A DNA stretch of 63,314 bases from a bacterium. GTDB lineage: Bacteria; Hydrothermota; 32-111. Shown here piece by piece: positions 9,293 to 20,076 of the stretch. Location of the stretch: contig JAWOBN010000098.1 in the NCBI GenBank assembly GCA_046484245.1, forward strand, positions 1 through 63,314, given 5' to 3'. Within the stretch, counting starts at the first letter, position 1. Every line of letters begins with the position of its first letter. The notes below the pieces were generated by a model. The model was not told where the DNA came from and did no database searches. It saw nothing but the letters and a program-made list of their open reading frames with translations. The translations under genes were made by a program, and so were the position numbers.

Positions 9293-11769
9293 ATCTCCTC
9301 CTGTGTTTCTATTTTTTCTTCTTCTCTGTCCTCAACTTCTGTCTTCAGTTCATTATCCTCAACATAGATTGTGAGGAGTTTGTTCTTTCCGAAATCACTG
9401 TCAATAATGAGGTCTGTTATGAGTGACTCTATATTGGTCTCAATACTCCTGTCAACAACCCTTGCCCCGTACTCTTCACTGTAGTCCTGCTCTGTGAGGA
9501 ATAGAGGCACCTCCGGGGTGTATTCTATACTGTAACCCTTCCGGACATACTTCTCCCCCATCTTATCAAGATGAGCCCTGAATATCTCTTCAATGGAGGT
9601 CTTGGAGAGTTTATTGAATACAATGACATTGTCCAGACGATTGAGAAATTCCGGGCGGAACTGCTTTTTGGTCTCTTCAAGCAGCCGTTCCCTCATCTTC
9701 TCGTCATATTCAGTGATTGAGCCGGAAAAACCGATATTCCTGTATTCACCGGGCTTGAATGTGCCCACATTGGATGTGAATATAACAATTGTATTGCGGA
9801 AATCCACCATTCTGTGGAATGAATCAGTAAGCTGGCCCTCTTCAAGCATCTGGAGGAATATATTATAGACCTTGGGATGCGCCTTCTCAATCTCATCAAA
9901 GAGCAGTAGTGAATAGGGGTTTCTTCTGACAAATTCAGTGAGACGCCCGCCTTCTTCATACCCCACAAATCCGGGGGGTGAACCTATCAGTTTGTCCACT
10001 TCATGCTCCAGTGAATATTCCGACATGTCAAAGCGCATGAATGAATCGGACTGGGAATAGAGATTCCTTGCCAGTTCCTTGGCTATGAATGTCTTCCCCA
10101 CACCTGAAGGTCCTATAAAGAGCAGTGACATGCGGGGTTTGACAGAATCCTTGAGACCCATCATTGTCAATTTAAGAGACCGTGTTATCACATCAATAAC
10201 ATGTTTCTGCCCTACAATGGCTTTATTGAGATTGCTCTGCACATTGAGTATATCCTTCTTGCCCTCCACTGTCATCCTGTCAACAGGCACACCTGTCCAG
10301 AGTGAAATGACTTCCTTGACTATCTGTGTGTCAACAGTGAGCCTGTCCCTTGCTGAATTCTTCTCATCACTGAGTTTGTCAATCTCCTCCTGGATATCAA
10401 GCTGTTTATCTCTCATTTCACCTGCCTGAGAGTATTTGCCCATTGATGCATAGTATTCCTTCTTCTTCTTGGCTTCCTTCAATTCATCTTCAAGATTTCC
10501 CAGTTTCCTCGTCACACCCATTGAATAATGCATGCTTATCTTGGAGCCCGCTTCATCAATTACATCAATTGCCTTATCGGGCAGCACCCTGTCCGTGATA
10601 TATGACTGTGAAAGTTTCACTGCATTTGCCAGAGCATCCTGCGTGTATTTGACATTATGGTAATTCTCGTATTTTGACTTTATCTTGGAAAGTATCACAT
10701 GTGTCTGTTCCTCACTGAGCTCCTTTATATGCACTGTCTGGAAACGCCTTTCCAGTGCCCCGTCTTTTTCAATATAACGCCTGTATTCCTTGAGGGTTGT
10801 AGCGCCTATGGACTGGAATATGCCCCTTGAGAGCTGTGGTTTCAGCATATTTGCAGCATCCATTGAACCTTCGGCAGAACCTGTGCCTATGATATTATGC
10901 AGTTCATCAATGAACAGTATGATATCCTGATTGGTCTCCAGTTCCTTGACAAAGTTCTTCATCCTCTCCTCAAACTGCCCTCTGTACTTTGTTCCTGCAA
11001 CCATCATGCCCATATCCAGTGAGAGCAGTCTCTTGTTCAGCAATACCCTCGGCACCTTTTTATTGACAATACGCATTGCAATTGCCTCAACAATTGCTGT
11101 CTTGCCCACACCCGGCTTGCCTATCAGTACGGGATTGTTCTTCTTCCTTCTCCCCAGTATCTGTATTATTCTCTGTATCTCATCCTCACGGCACAGTGCA
11201 GGGTCCAGTGCCCCTTCCCGTGCCTGCATGGTGAGGTCATTGCAGAGATAGTCGGCAACAGGCGTATTGCTGTCCGGGTTGAGTTCAATGATCCCGTCTT
11301 TCTTCGGTGTTATTTTCTTTTTCTTGAGCAGTGACATGAAGCTTGAATAATTGAACCCCGCTTCCTCAAATATCACTGCAATATCATCAAATTTCTTGCT
11401 TGCAAAGAGGGCTGCTATTACATGCTCGGGCTCAATGTATTTTGCCTGCAGACCGAGTGATATCTTCTTTGCCTGTGAGAAAAGCTCGCGTGTATTCTCC
11501 GATTCCGTTATATCAAATATCACAAGGGGGCTGGAATTCTTTGTTGTTTTCTTTACCCGGTTTTTGAGATTATCCCTCAAATCCCTCAATATCTGTTTTG
11601 ACTGCCTCTGTGAGGATTTTATTATATAATCAGTGACCTTCAGATAGTCCTCAAAAACAATGCTCAGCACAATATCCTCGGGATGTATGATAAAACGGTT
11701 CAATGCCCTTGTCCTTTCCTCGCATTTGCGCATTATCAGTGTCATTGTTTTTGAAAAATTCATGCCCAT
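9289..11769 (-). CDS. clpC: Clp/Hsp100 AAA+ ATPase, ClpC-like (ClpP-docking type)
   Basis: 826 aa with two AAA+ modules ([12 protein letters not shown] and GPSGVGKTFIAKE). It has a short UVR-like middle motif (YSQAGEMRDKQLDIQEEI) and an IGF loop (NIGFSG). Confidence 0.85.
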   Translation of the reverse strand: MGMNFSKTMTLIMRKCEERTRALNRFIIHPEDIVLSIVFEDYLKVTDYIIKSSQRQSKQILRDLRDNLKNRVKKTTKNSSPLVIFDITESENTRELFSQAKKISLGLQAKYIEPEHVIAALFASKKFDDIAVIFEEAGFNYSSFMSLLKKKKITPKKDGIIELNPDSNTPVADYLCNDLTMQAREGALDPALCREDEIQRIIQILGRRKKNNPVLIGKPGVGKTAIVEAIAMRIVNKKVPRVLLNKRLLSLDMGMMVAGTKYRGQFEERMKNFVKELETNQDIILFIDELHNIIGTGSAEGSMDAANMLKPQLSRGIFQSIGATTLKEYRRYIEKDGALERRFQTVHIKELSEEQTHVILSKIKSKYENYHNVKYTQDALANAVKLSQSYITDRVLPDKAIDVIDEAGSKISMHYSMGVTRKLGNLEDELKEAKKKKEYYASMGKYSQAGEMRDKQLDIQEEIDKLSDEKNSARDRLTVDTQIVKEVISLWTGVPVDRMTVEGKKDILNVQSNLNKAIVGQKHVIDVITRSLKLTMMGLKDSVKPRMSLLFIGPSGVGKTFIAKELARNLYSQSDSFMRFDMSEYSLEHEVDKLIGSPPGFVGYEEGGRLTEFVRRNPYSLLLFDEIEKAHPKVYNIFLQMLEEGQLTDSFHRMVDFRNTIVIFTSNVGTFKPGEYRNIGFSGSITEYDEKMRERLLEETKKQFRPEFLNRLDNVIVFNKLSKTSIEEIFRAHLDKMGEKYVRKGYSIEYTPEVPLFLTEQDYSEEYGARVVDRSIETNIESLITDLIIDSDFGKNKLLTIYVEDNELKTEVEDREEEKIETQEEI

Positions 11770-11840
11770 GTTTTCTCCGTATTTAGTTTATATTATAATA
11801 TATCAAATATTGCATAATAATCAACTCCAACCTGTATTTT

Positions 11841-14800
11841 TTAGAACTTGAACAGCACCCAGATGCCTGCTGAAATATTCATTCTCTCATCCCCTCTCTT
11901 GTTATCCGTTGTCTTGCTGAATGATGATGTTAAACCGCCTGTGACATTATTGGAGAAATTGTAATCAGCTTTGGGGCTTATTGACAGCATTGTCCTGTCC
12001 CCCAGTATATTATCATTGGTCATATCGTATTCATATGCCCTTGAATAGGACATATTGAGGGAGAAATTGATATTTGACTTGATCCTCACCTTTTTGAAAA
12101 AAGGTATATTTATGCCCGAGGGTTTAGAGAATGAATATGAGAGAGACAGATTATGGCTTTCATTGGAATTGCTTCTCACTGTTTCAATTGTGCCGTAACT
12201 GGAAGTGAGATTGTCAGTGAGTGAAAAACTGTAGTCAATACTGATATTCTTTTTAAGCATCATATTGAGGCCTATGAGGGGGGAATAACTCACTGAATTT
12301 ATCTCCTTTTCAATCTGAATATCCGAAGGTCCCGAAACCGTAACATTCTTGTTGTAGCTGGACCTTGCTGTGAGTGACCTGATGAATTTGTCCAGACCGA
12401 AATAATCCTGAATACTCCTCAGTGAAACCGATACATTGGGCCACCGTGTATTCCTGTTGACATTTGTATTGTCCAGGTACCCTGTTCTTGTATATGAGGA
12501 TGAAAATGTGGAATTGACGGATATTACGGAGACATTCATGCCTGAGGAAAGGGAATAGCTCTCTGACATTGTTCTGTTCACCTGAGTATAATCAGACAGA
12601 CTGTTCCTGTTGACTGTGTCAGTAATACCGACCTGATAGTACCAGTGCGGTCTTCCGGCTGTATAGGAATATGAAGAGGAATTATTCCTGCCATAGGTAT
12701 ATGAGAGGGGATTGAAATAACCCGCCCCTTTCTCAATATATTTGGCAATCCAGGGAGGACTGCCTGCAATAAGCATTGAGTCTTTCTCCTCATCCCTCAA
12801 TGAGCCTATAAGACGCAGTATTTTCGGATAGTCCAGATAACCGTTCACTGATAATCTTCCGCTGTTCTGCAGTGATGTGATTTTCGTTGAATCCGGAACA
12901 GTAATAGACCTGTAATTGGTATTGTCATTATATGATGAAGCAAGTGTGAGACTGTGCGTTATCCAGTCAAAGAAACGCGGATTATAGGATATATCCGTAC
13001 TCTGCCTCTTTCCGATATCCCTGCCGAGAAAATCCAGATAACCTGAAGAACCCTCTATACCGGGGTCATTCATCCTCGTCTGGGAATAATTGAATGAGAG
13101 GGATTTGAACATACGGTAATTCAGTGAGAAATTCCTGTTCACACTGAAGACATCCCTCAGGGCAGTTCTTATGAATGAGGTACCACCCAGTGTATATGTC
13201 ACTGAATGCGAATTATTGTATCCGAGATTGTATTTAACAGATGACGGCATATAATAGAAATCCATTTTCCCGAAAAGCTTCAGGGGATCGGGTTTTGGTG
13301 CAATGGAATAATTCATGGTCGCCGAATAACTCACAGTTGAATCTATCTTGTTGTATGTTCTTCTGTCAGACAAACCGATATTACCGCTCAATGACATATT
13401 GTCCAGACTGTAATGAATGAACGGATTGGTTGACACCTTGTTTCTTGACAATCTCAAACCGGATGACTGATTCTTGGCAAATGTTGAGTTTTCAGCAGTT
13501 TCATCCTCATCCATGTAATAATCCGAACCGATTTTATAGAGGGGATTATCAACACTCCTTGAATAATTGTAAGTAAGAGGCATATTGAGACCGAATGACT
13601 CGGGCATCAGCTTATTGATATTGACTGATGTATTGAATCTCAGATTGCGTGACTGGCGGCCTGAGCCCCTCTCATCATTCAGTGCATGGAAGAACGGGTC
13701 TCTGTATGTGCCTGACAGGCTTGCTGTGAGCAGCTCGGGAATGGTGAGGGAGGTGCTGACATCCCCTGCTGTCCCCGCTTCCCTTTTAGGCCCGTCAAGC
13801 ATTATGTCATCAACCCATATCTCTGTTGATACTGTCCCTGAACTGTTATTCATCACCCGCATTTCAATATAGCCGATATTGGTCAATGAGGGTCTTCCCC
13901 TGTATGAATACATGCCTGAGGTGTATGTATTGAATGAATCAGAGTAATCCCTTTTCAGATTGACCAGTGAATCAAGGGTAATGCGGGGCATGTCCCACTG
14001 ACTGTCCGGACTGATATGCACAGCATAGTAATTGAGCGAATCACCGCCCAGACGCAGCTCAAAGTCCAGTGAGTCACTCTCGGTTGACCGCACATAGAAT
14101 GTCATCTCCCTGTATCTCTCCAGTGATATCCTACGCGTGAGATATCTGTAAACCCTTCCGCCTTCTGCAGGCAGCAGTGAATCACAGTACAGTACTATTG
14201 ACTGCTCACTCTTCTCCTTGCCGTCAAGGTCATATCCGGGATTGAACGGGGGTTCATAATCCATATCCTTCTGATTATTCTTTGCACCGACATAGAATTT
14301 TTCCTCAGCAGAGTTTATTGTCTCAAAATTCTCCCATCTGTTTGATACAACAGACACCCTGTAGAGAGAGAGTGTATCCTTCCGGGCAATGCCTTCCCAT
14401 ACAATGCGCGCTGCCTTGATATATTTGAGGTCCGGATTGCCCACTGAATCCACTTCAGGCGCATTGAGGGGCACTCTGTACAATTTCCATCCTGATGAGG
14501 GATGCCTGTAAACAAGATGGGCATCAGCATTGAGGTCAATAGAGAATCTGTAGAGATCCTCCTCTGTATTGAGCCGCAGGTCCCCGTTCTTGTCCTCTGT
14601 ATCAAGGATATTGTTCCCCTCTGTTCCATTGATCTTGGAATAATCATTGGGATTCTCGGATGAGTATTCATAATCATCATTACCGTCATCACCGGGCACA
14701 TTGAGATCATCATCACCTGCAACACCGTCCAGACCGGTATCCTCATCACTGTCAAGCACACCATCCTGATTCTTGTCCTCTGTATTGAGAATTCCCTGAC

Positions 14801-17288
14801 CTACCAGTTCTCCGTTCTTATCCCTTCTCAGCATATCCTCCGGTATATTCTTGCCTATATCCACAGTGAGTGTGCCATTATCACCCCTTACCCATACTTC
14901 AAGGAAACGCATGTCGGAGAGGTCAATGCCTGTCTTTGACATGAAGTTATTGAGGGAGACAAATGTATTTGTCTCATTCCCCGCCTGAGGGGTCATGACT
15001 ATGTTCATTATACTGACATCACTTGATTTGTCCTGCAGGGGCAGCTGGTCATTGATATCACCCATAAGTTCCCTGTCATTATACCAGAAATAATTGTCTG
15101 AGAGATTGTCTGCCTGATATCCGGCTATCAGTGAGCCGAAGTACCAGAGTCTCCTCTCTGACGAGAGTGTGTTCTCATTGAGTATATTCTCCATATCCTC
15201 AATATACGCCTTGCCTGTTGTATTGGGATTGGGATAGGATATACCGGCTTTTGACACTACAGAGAAACGGGCAAGCTGCTGGGAATTGTATGTCGGAATC
15301 TTATTGACCAGATCACTGAGCAGATAAATATCCCTATTGTAGCTGAAGTCAAATTCCCCTGCCAATGCCTCCTGAGGCTCTTCTCCTATGCGCGGGTAAT
15401 CCTCCAGATTGTACGACAATGTCCTGTAGAGCCAGTTGGTGTTGAAAGTGAGATTCTCCGTGGGATTGTAATCCATATGGAATCCGAGGAGATTCTTTGA
15501 TGCCATTGAAAGAAATGGTGTGTACTGATAATCTATCTGTATATCGGCTTCAGGTGAATTGACTGCATCAGTGAGGAATGTCACTATACCGTATTCATAA
15601 TCAATTGTGTAATCCTTGTCCCTTACCATTGTCTTACCGTTTACAGTGACCACCTCGGAGCCCTCCAGTATATTGAACCGGCCGAGTGAATAGACGGACT
15701 GCGAGCCCCTGTATGATATCTGAAGGTAATAGAGTCTCCCTATGTCAGAACCTGTTTCATTTGTATTGTATATTTCGGTTAGGGGGTCTTCAAGCCGCGA
15801 ATCAGCAAATGGTTTGCTGTTGGGGAATATGATATATCCCCTGTTGAAATTGACATAATTATAATCAACAACACCGTCCTTGTTATTGTCCAGTCCCAGT
15901 ATCTGGAGATACGGTGTTCCGTCTTCAAGCTCATAATCTTCACCGGATGAATTATTGACCTTCTTGATTGTCAGATTAAAGCTTTCAGGCACAATATTGC
16001 CTGCACTGAACATATAGACATTCTTCATCATATAATCCCATGTCGGTGAACCGGGGAAATCCTCCGGAAGCTTCAATCCTGACATTATCAGTGTATCCCC
16101 TGTTTCATACACAACATTACCGACAGTGTCCACTGTTCCGGAAGGTCTCTTGACAATATAACTCACACCGAGAACTTCCTGTATGTCAAGCTGACTCATC
16201 AGTTCAATGTATGTATTGCCCGGACCCATAACATAATCATTGTCTTCACCTGCAGTAAGTTCATTGAAATAACCCGTATAGATAATTGAATCAGTGCCCG
16301 GTGCTGTTATCTGTCCGGGTACTGCGCCGTCTGCCTCATTATTATAGCCATTGGCATCATCCATATATAGTTTTAACTGAATCAGTGAATCAGATGAGGA
16401 TATGCCTGATGCAAAGAAACGGTTCTTTGAGAATTCAAAATCATATCTCAGTATTGAGTCCGATTTTGTATTGCCCTCAAATGTGGAAGTATTGGATTCC
16501 CCTGTTTCCTTACTGGCAATTGCAGTGAAATTGACAGGTCCCAGCTGACCTGTTGTCTTCAGTCCGAACAGGCCCTTATGCTGAGGCGGGGCGCCTATGA
16601 GTTTCACGCCGGGCAGTGACAGATTGATGTCACCTGCCTCAACTGTGTGAATGATATCATCCTCAGGACCTGTGTACTGTATCTTTACTGTATTGTCACT
16701 CTCCCTGTCTGTCTGTGAATTGTGCTTGAGATTGACCTCAATCCTTTCACCCACAGTACCCCTCACATTGACAATGAGATGCTGAAACGGTTCAAGCTGG
16801 GGGAGCCAGGAATTGCCCTGCTGCTCTGATTCCACTTCATTGAGGTCTATTGTCTTGGTCCCATTGAACTCAATCCTCTCCGAGCCCTCCACAATAAGCT
16901 TGCTGCCTTCTCCGAGGAATGACTCCAGCTGCCCGAATTGCACCGGTATGTCAATATCGCCTATAAGACCTGTCTGACCCGATGTCTTTGCAATCTCCTC
17001 CATAAGCATGCGCCGGAACTGTTTTCTTATATAGCGGGACCGGTCTTTCAGGAGGTAATCTTCCAGAAGTGAAACAGAATCAATGCCTATGAGATAATCC
17101 TCAAAATATGTCTTGAAATAGACAGTATTATTCTCCCTGTTTATCTCAATCTTCTTCCGGATGCCGAATTTCTCGCGCGTGTAATTATCAAGTTTATTGA
17201 AGAATACACTGTTAAAATCGCCTATATCAGCATTGATTGAATATATTGCGGTAATTGCGGCAATGAATGCCATTATCCTTCTAAACAT
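11841..17288 (-). CDS. sprA: SprA-like giant outer-membrane protein (T9SS translocon family)
   Basis: 1815 aa with a signal peptide. The N-terminal region matches my recollection of the SprA N-domain pattern (KIQYTGPEDDIIHTVEAGDINLSLPG..LFGLKTTGQLGPVNFTAIASKE...FEFSKNRFF). It also has D-rich Ca-binding-like repeats, is beta-rich throughout and ends ...VLFKF. Confidence 0.75.
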   Translation of the reverse strand: MFRRIMAFIAAITAIYSINADIGDFNSVFFNKLDNYTREKFGIRKKIEINRENNTVYFKTYFEDYLIGIDSVSLLEDYLLKDRSRYIRKQFRRMLMEEIAKTSGQTGLIGDIDIPVQFGQLESFLGEGSKLIVEGSERIEFNGTKTIDLNEVESEQQGNSWLPQLEPFQHLIVNVRGTVGERIEVNLKHNSQTDRESDNTVKIQYTGPEDDIIHTVEAGDINLSLPGVKLIGAPPQHKGLFGLKTTGQLGPVNFTAIASKETGESNTSTFEGNTKSDSILRYDFEFSKNRFFASGISSSDSLIQLKLYMDDANGYNNEADGAVPGQITAPGTDSIIYTGYFNELTAGEDNDYVMGPGNTYIELMSQLDIQEVLGVSYIVKRPSGTVDTVGNVVYETGDTLIMSGLKLPEDFPGSPTWDYMMKNVYMFSAGNIVPESFNLTIKKVNNSSGEDYELEDGTPYLQILGLDNNKDGVVDYNYVNFNRGYIIFPNSKPFADSRLEDPLTEIYNTNETGSDIGRLYYLQISYRGSQSVYSLGRFNILEGSEVVTVNGKTMVRDKDYTIDYEYGIVTFLTDAVNSPEADIQIDYQYTPFLSMASKNLLGFHMDYNPTENLTFNTNWLYRTLSYNLEDYPRIGEEPQEALAGEFDFSYNRDIYLLSDLVNKIPTYNSQQLARFSVVSKAGISYPNPNTTGKAYIEDMENILNENTLSSERRLWYFGSLIAGYQADNLSDNYFWYNDRELMGDINDQLPLQDKSSDVSIMNIVMTPQAGNETNTFVSLNNFMSKTGIDLSDMRFLEVWVRGDNGTLTVDIGKNIPEDMLRRDKNGELVGQGILNTEDKNQDGVLDSDEDTGLDGVAGDDDLNVPGDDGNDDYEYSSENPNDYSKINGTEGNNILDTEDKNGDLRLNTEEDLYRFSIDLNADAHLVYRHPSSGWKLYRVPLNAPEVDSVGNPDLKYIKAARIVWEGIARKDTLSLYRVSVVSNRWENFETINSAEEKFYVGAKNNQKDMDYEPPFNPGYDLDGKEKSEQSIVLYCDSLLPAEGGRVYRYLTRRISLERYREMTFYVRSTESDSLDFELRLGGDSLNYYAVHISPDSQWDMPRITLDSLVNLKRDYSDSFNTYTSGMYSYRGRPSLTNIGYIEMRVMNNSSGTVSTEIWVDDIMLDGPKREAGTAGDVSTSLTIPELLTASLSGTYRDPFFHALNDERGSGRQSRNLRFNTSVNINKLMPESFGLNMPLTYNYSRSVDNPLYKIGSDYYMDEDETAENSTFAKNQSSGLRLSRNKVSTNPFIHYSLDNMSLSGNIGLSDRRTYNKIDSTVSYSATMNYSIAPKPDPLKLFGKMDFYYMPSSVKYNLGYNNSHSVTYTLGGTSFIRTALRDVFSVNRNFSLNYRMFKSLSFNYSQTRMNDPGIEGSSGYLDFLGRDIGKRQSTDISYNPRFFDWITHSLTLASSYNDNTNYRSITVPDSTKITSLQNSGRLSVNGYLDYPKILRLIGSLRDEEKDSMLIAGSPPWIAKYIEKGAGYFNPLSYTYGRNNSSSYSYTAGRPHWYYQVGITDTVNRNSLSDYTQVNRTMSESYSLSSGMNVSVISVNSTFSSSYTRTGYLDNTNVNRNTRWPNVSVSLRSIQDYFGLDKFIRSLTARSSYNKNVTVSGPSDIQIEKEINSVSYSPLIGLNMMLKKNISIDYSFSLTDNLTSSYGTIETVRSNSNESHNLSLSYSFSKPSGINIPFFKKVRIKSNINFSLNMSYSRAYEYDMTNDNILGDRTMLSISPKADYNFSNNVTGGLTSSFSKTTDNKRGDERMNISAGIWVLFKF

Positions 17289-17320
17289 AAAAGGGTTTTC
17301 TGACTATAGCACCTGCCTTC

Positions 17321-20062
17321 TTACCATTTTTCCTCAATTTCCTTGAGTAATTCAGCTGCCTGACTGTCTTCCGGTCTCAGGTTGAGCCAGTCACCGAGAA
17401 GGTCCGTGAGAATATCCTTTGATGAATGCTGCATATAGAGAAATCCAATCACATTACCGAGCAGATTGGGATCCCTCATGAGAATTGATTTTGTATTCTC
17501 ATACTTCCCGGACTCACCATTCATCTTGTAAATCCTCAATTTACCGGCATAACCTGCCGGCTCTTCGGGATTATTCTTCAGTATTGAATCATATATCTCT
17601 TCAGCCCTCTCATAATCACCCTTGCTGAAATAGATCTCAGAGAGCACTGCTGTCATTGTCGCTTTGTCCTGGGGATCATCCGAATTCCCCATTGCTTGTC
17701 TTATCTCCTCTTCTGCTTCTTCATACTCTCCCATTTCTATGAGAACCCTGGCAATATTCATTGTTACGGAATTCCTGTCATAGGTGTAGAATTTCCTGCC
17801 CTGTCTGAAATGCTCAACAGATTGTCTCAGTGAATCAATCTCCGAGTAATATATGCCGAGCTGAAGGAATCCGGCAGCATAATTGGTCATTATCCTGTCC
17901 ACATTCTCATCAACATATATATCCTCATTGAGTATATAATCATAACTGTATTTTTCCCAGATATTCTCTTTTGTTGTTGCAACATCCACATTCCGCGGAT
18001 ACTTCCGGGCATTACTGTCTGAAGTGATCCTGTAGCCGAGTCCCTCCAGAATCAGATTCTCCGTGTATTTTGAACGCGCATCCTCTGAAACAGTGACGGA
18101 AAAATATATGTTTATTGAATCCGGCCTGTAATCAGTCAACACCTTTTCATTGAACTCATTCCTTGATGCATAGAGGAGGGATCTGGGTGTCTTCCTCCCT
18201 GTTGAATTCGTGTGAATAATATCCCTTATGACAATATCCCTTATCATCAGTATCTCATTGTTATTAAGGCGTACAGGCCTCAGCTGGTCTATCTCCCTCT
18301 CTGTCATACTTATCGGCACACCGAATGACTGCATCTGCTTTATATACCAGTCAACATTGAGCAGTGAGAGATTCACAACAAGCACGCCCTTTTTACCCGG
18401 TTCAAATGACCTGTAATCCCTTACAACCTGTTCAAACCACAGCGGATAGGTATCATTGTCTCCATTGGTGAATATTATTGAATTGGGTCTGGGTGTATTG
18501 AGCATATTCTTTGCATATTCATCAGCTATCCAGTTATTGCGCCTGTTTACATAGGAATTAATATTGGCAAAGAACGGTGAGACAGCTATGAGGATAACCA
18601 GTGCCAGCAGTATCCACTGCGGCAGTGTGAATAATCCGGGAGAGAACCTCTCCTTCAATTCCCCGGTTTTGCTTTTGAATGAAACAATAAGTTCCCTCAG
18701 TCCAAAGGCAAAGAATGCCATGAACATGAAATATGCGGGCATATAGAAATAATCCCTCTCCCTCACCTCTCTGGGCTGATGGGCAGCAACTGGGTCAGAA
18801 GGAGAATACTTCATATTGAGATATACAATGAGACCAACTGATAGGAGGAACAGTGTCATCATGATAAAAATGAATGTCTTCTTGTCCTTCTTGAAATGCG
18901 CATATATGCCGTATAGGCCTGTTGCAGTGAATATAGCCATGAGCAATGAGGGAATGATCCTCATCAGTGCTGTGGGGTCAGCAATCTCATTCCTGAAATA
19001 GCCGCCGAACTGCCATGTGTAATATTTGAAGAACATCTTGAATTGTTCAAAGAATGCGGCAAATGTACCAATGCCATTGTCTGTCTGTCTTGGCAATAGT
19101 ACAAGAGGACCATACTGTTTCCTGTTGAACACATCCCACAAACCCCTGAATGTCGTGGGTGCTGCAATATTGATATAGGGATTTGCCCTTGCCCTGATTA
19201 TGAGCATCAAATGCGGGCTCAGGCCCAGTATGGCAAGACCTATGTATATGCCGAGATATGTATATACCTTTCTGTAATTGACCTTGACATCCTTGGACAT
19301 ATAGTCGCATAGGGTCACGGATACTGCAGTGAGTATTGAACCCACAATAAACAGCATGAGGCTTTCCTTTGTAATTGCCAGATAGAGGAATGCAAAGAAG
19401 ACAGAGAATGCAACAAGTGAAACAGAGAGGTCCTTGTGTTTCTTCCAGCCGACCCATACGAGGAATATCACTGCTCCCGGGAGCATCAGAAGCGGGGCAA
19501 GAGACATGCCGATTGAGAGCATTGCCAGATAAATGACAAGCATGACATATTTTTCCTCACTCTCCTCATTGAGTTTATCCCAGGCAACGAGCGTTATCCA
19601 GATAAGGAGCATTGTAATGCCTGTTGACGGTGCATACACCTCTGCTTCTACAGAGGTGAGCCATACGGAATAGAAGAATGAACCTGCCAGTGCTGCTGCA
19701 AATGCAGTGACTGAATTTATGATTCTTGTAGGGAGTTTGGGTTGGGGATTAATTCTGAGGAATAGTTTAATCAGTATTATGTACATGAACATTGCTGCTG
19801 CTGCACTGGATACTGCTGACATGAGATTGACCCTTACTGCTATCTCCTCAACAAAGAAGAAGAGCCGTATAAATAAATTCCCGATAAGAACCATGAGCGG
19901 TGTGCCCGGGGGATGGGGAACACCGAGAGAGTATGCTGTTGCAATGAATTCACCGCAGTCCCAGAACGGGAGAGTCGGTGTAATTGTATAAATATATCCC
20001 AGAAAAACTATTACAAATAATAATCCTGCTACAATTTTCTCATTCCTCTTTAGAGAATACAT
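17321..20062 (-). CDS. DUF2723/TMEM260-like polytopic membrane glycosyltransferase-like protein with C-terminal TPR repeats
   Basis: 913 aa. Carries the hallmark PFWDCGEFIATAYSLGVPHPPGTPL motif, many TM helices and a TPR-like C-terminus. Confidence 0.8.
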   Translation of the reverse strand: MYSLKRNEKIVAGLLFVIVFLGYIYTITPTLPFWDCGEFIATAYSLGVPHPPGTPLMVLIGNLFIRLFFFVEEIAVRVNLMSAVSSAAAAMFMYIILIKLFLRINPQPKLPTRIINSVTAFAAALAGSFFYSVWLTSVEAEVYAPSTGITMLLIWITLVAWDKLNEESEEKYVMLVIYLAMLSIGMSLAPLLMLPGAVIFLVWVGWKKHKDLSVSLVAFSVFFAFLYLAITKESLMLFIVGSILTAVSVTLCDYMSKDVKVNYRKVYTYLGIYIGLAILGLSPHLMLIIRARANPYINIAAPTTFRGLWDVFNRKQYGPLVLLPRQTDNGIGTFAAFFEQFKMFFKYYTWQFGGYFRNEIADPTALMRIIPSLLMAIFTATGLYGIYAHFKKDKKTFIFIMMTLFLLSVGLIVYLNMKYSPSDPVAAHQPREVRERDYFYMPAYFMFMAFFAFGLRELIVSFKSKTGELKERFSPGLFTLPQWILLALVILIAVSPFFANINSYVNRRNNWIADEYAKNMLNTPRPNSIIFTNGDNDTYPLWFEQVVRDYRSFEPGKKGVLVVNLSLLNVDWYIKQMQSFGVPISMTEREIDQLRPVRLNNNEILMIRDIVIRDIIHTNSTGRKTPRSLLYASRNEFNEKVLTDYRPDSINIYFSVTVSEDARSKYTENLILEGLGYRITSDSNARKYPRNVDVATTKENIWEKYSYDYILNEDIYVDENVDRIMTNYAAGFLQLGIYYSEIDSLRQSVEHFRQGRKFYTYDRNSVTMNIARVLIEMGEYEEAEEEIRQAMGNSDDPQDKATMTAVLSEIYFSKGDYERAEEIYDSILKNNPEEPAGYAGKLRIYKMNGESGKYENTKSILMRDPNLLGNVIGFLYMQHSSKDILTDLLGDWLNLRPEDSQAAELLKEIEEKW

Positions 20063-20076
20063 CTGTCCTCCTTTGA

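Noticed and set aside
14315-14764. A 149-aa alternative-frame ORF inside sprA, rich in Met, Pro and Ile.
   Set aside because: It is the same-strand frame-shifted reading of the Asp-rich repeat region of SprA. There is no independent start signal.
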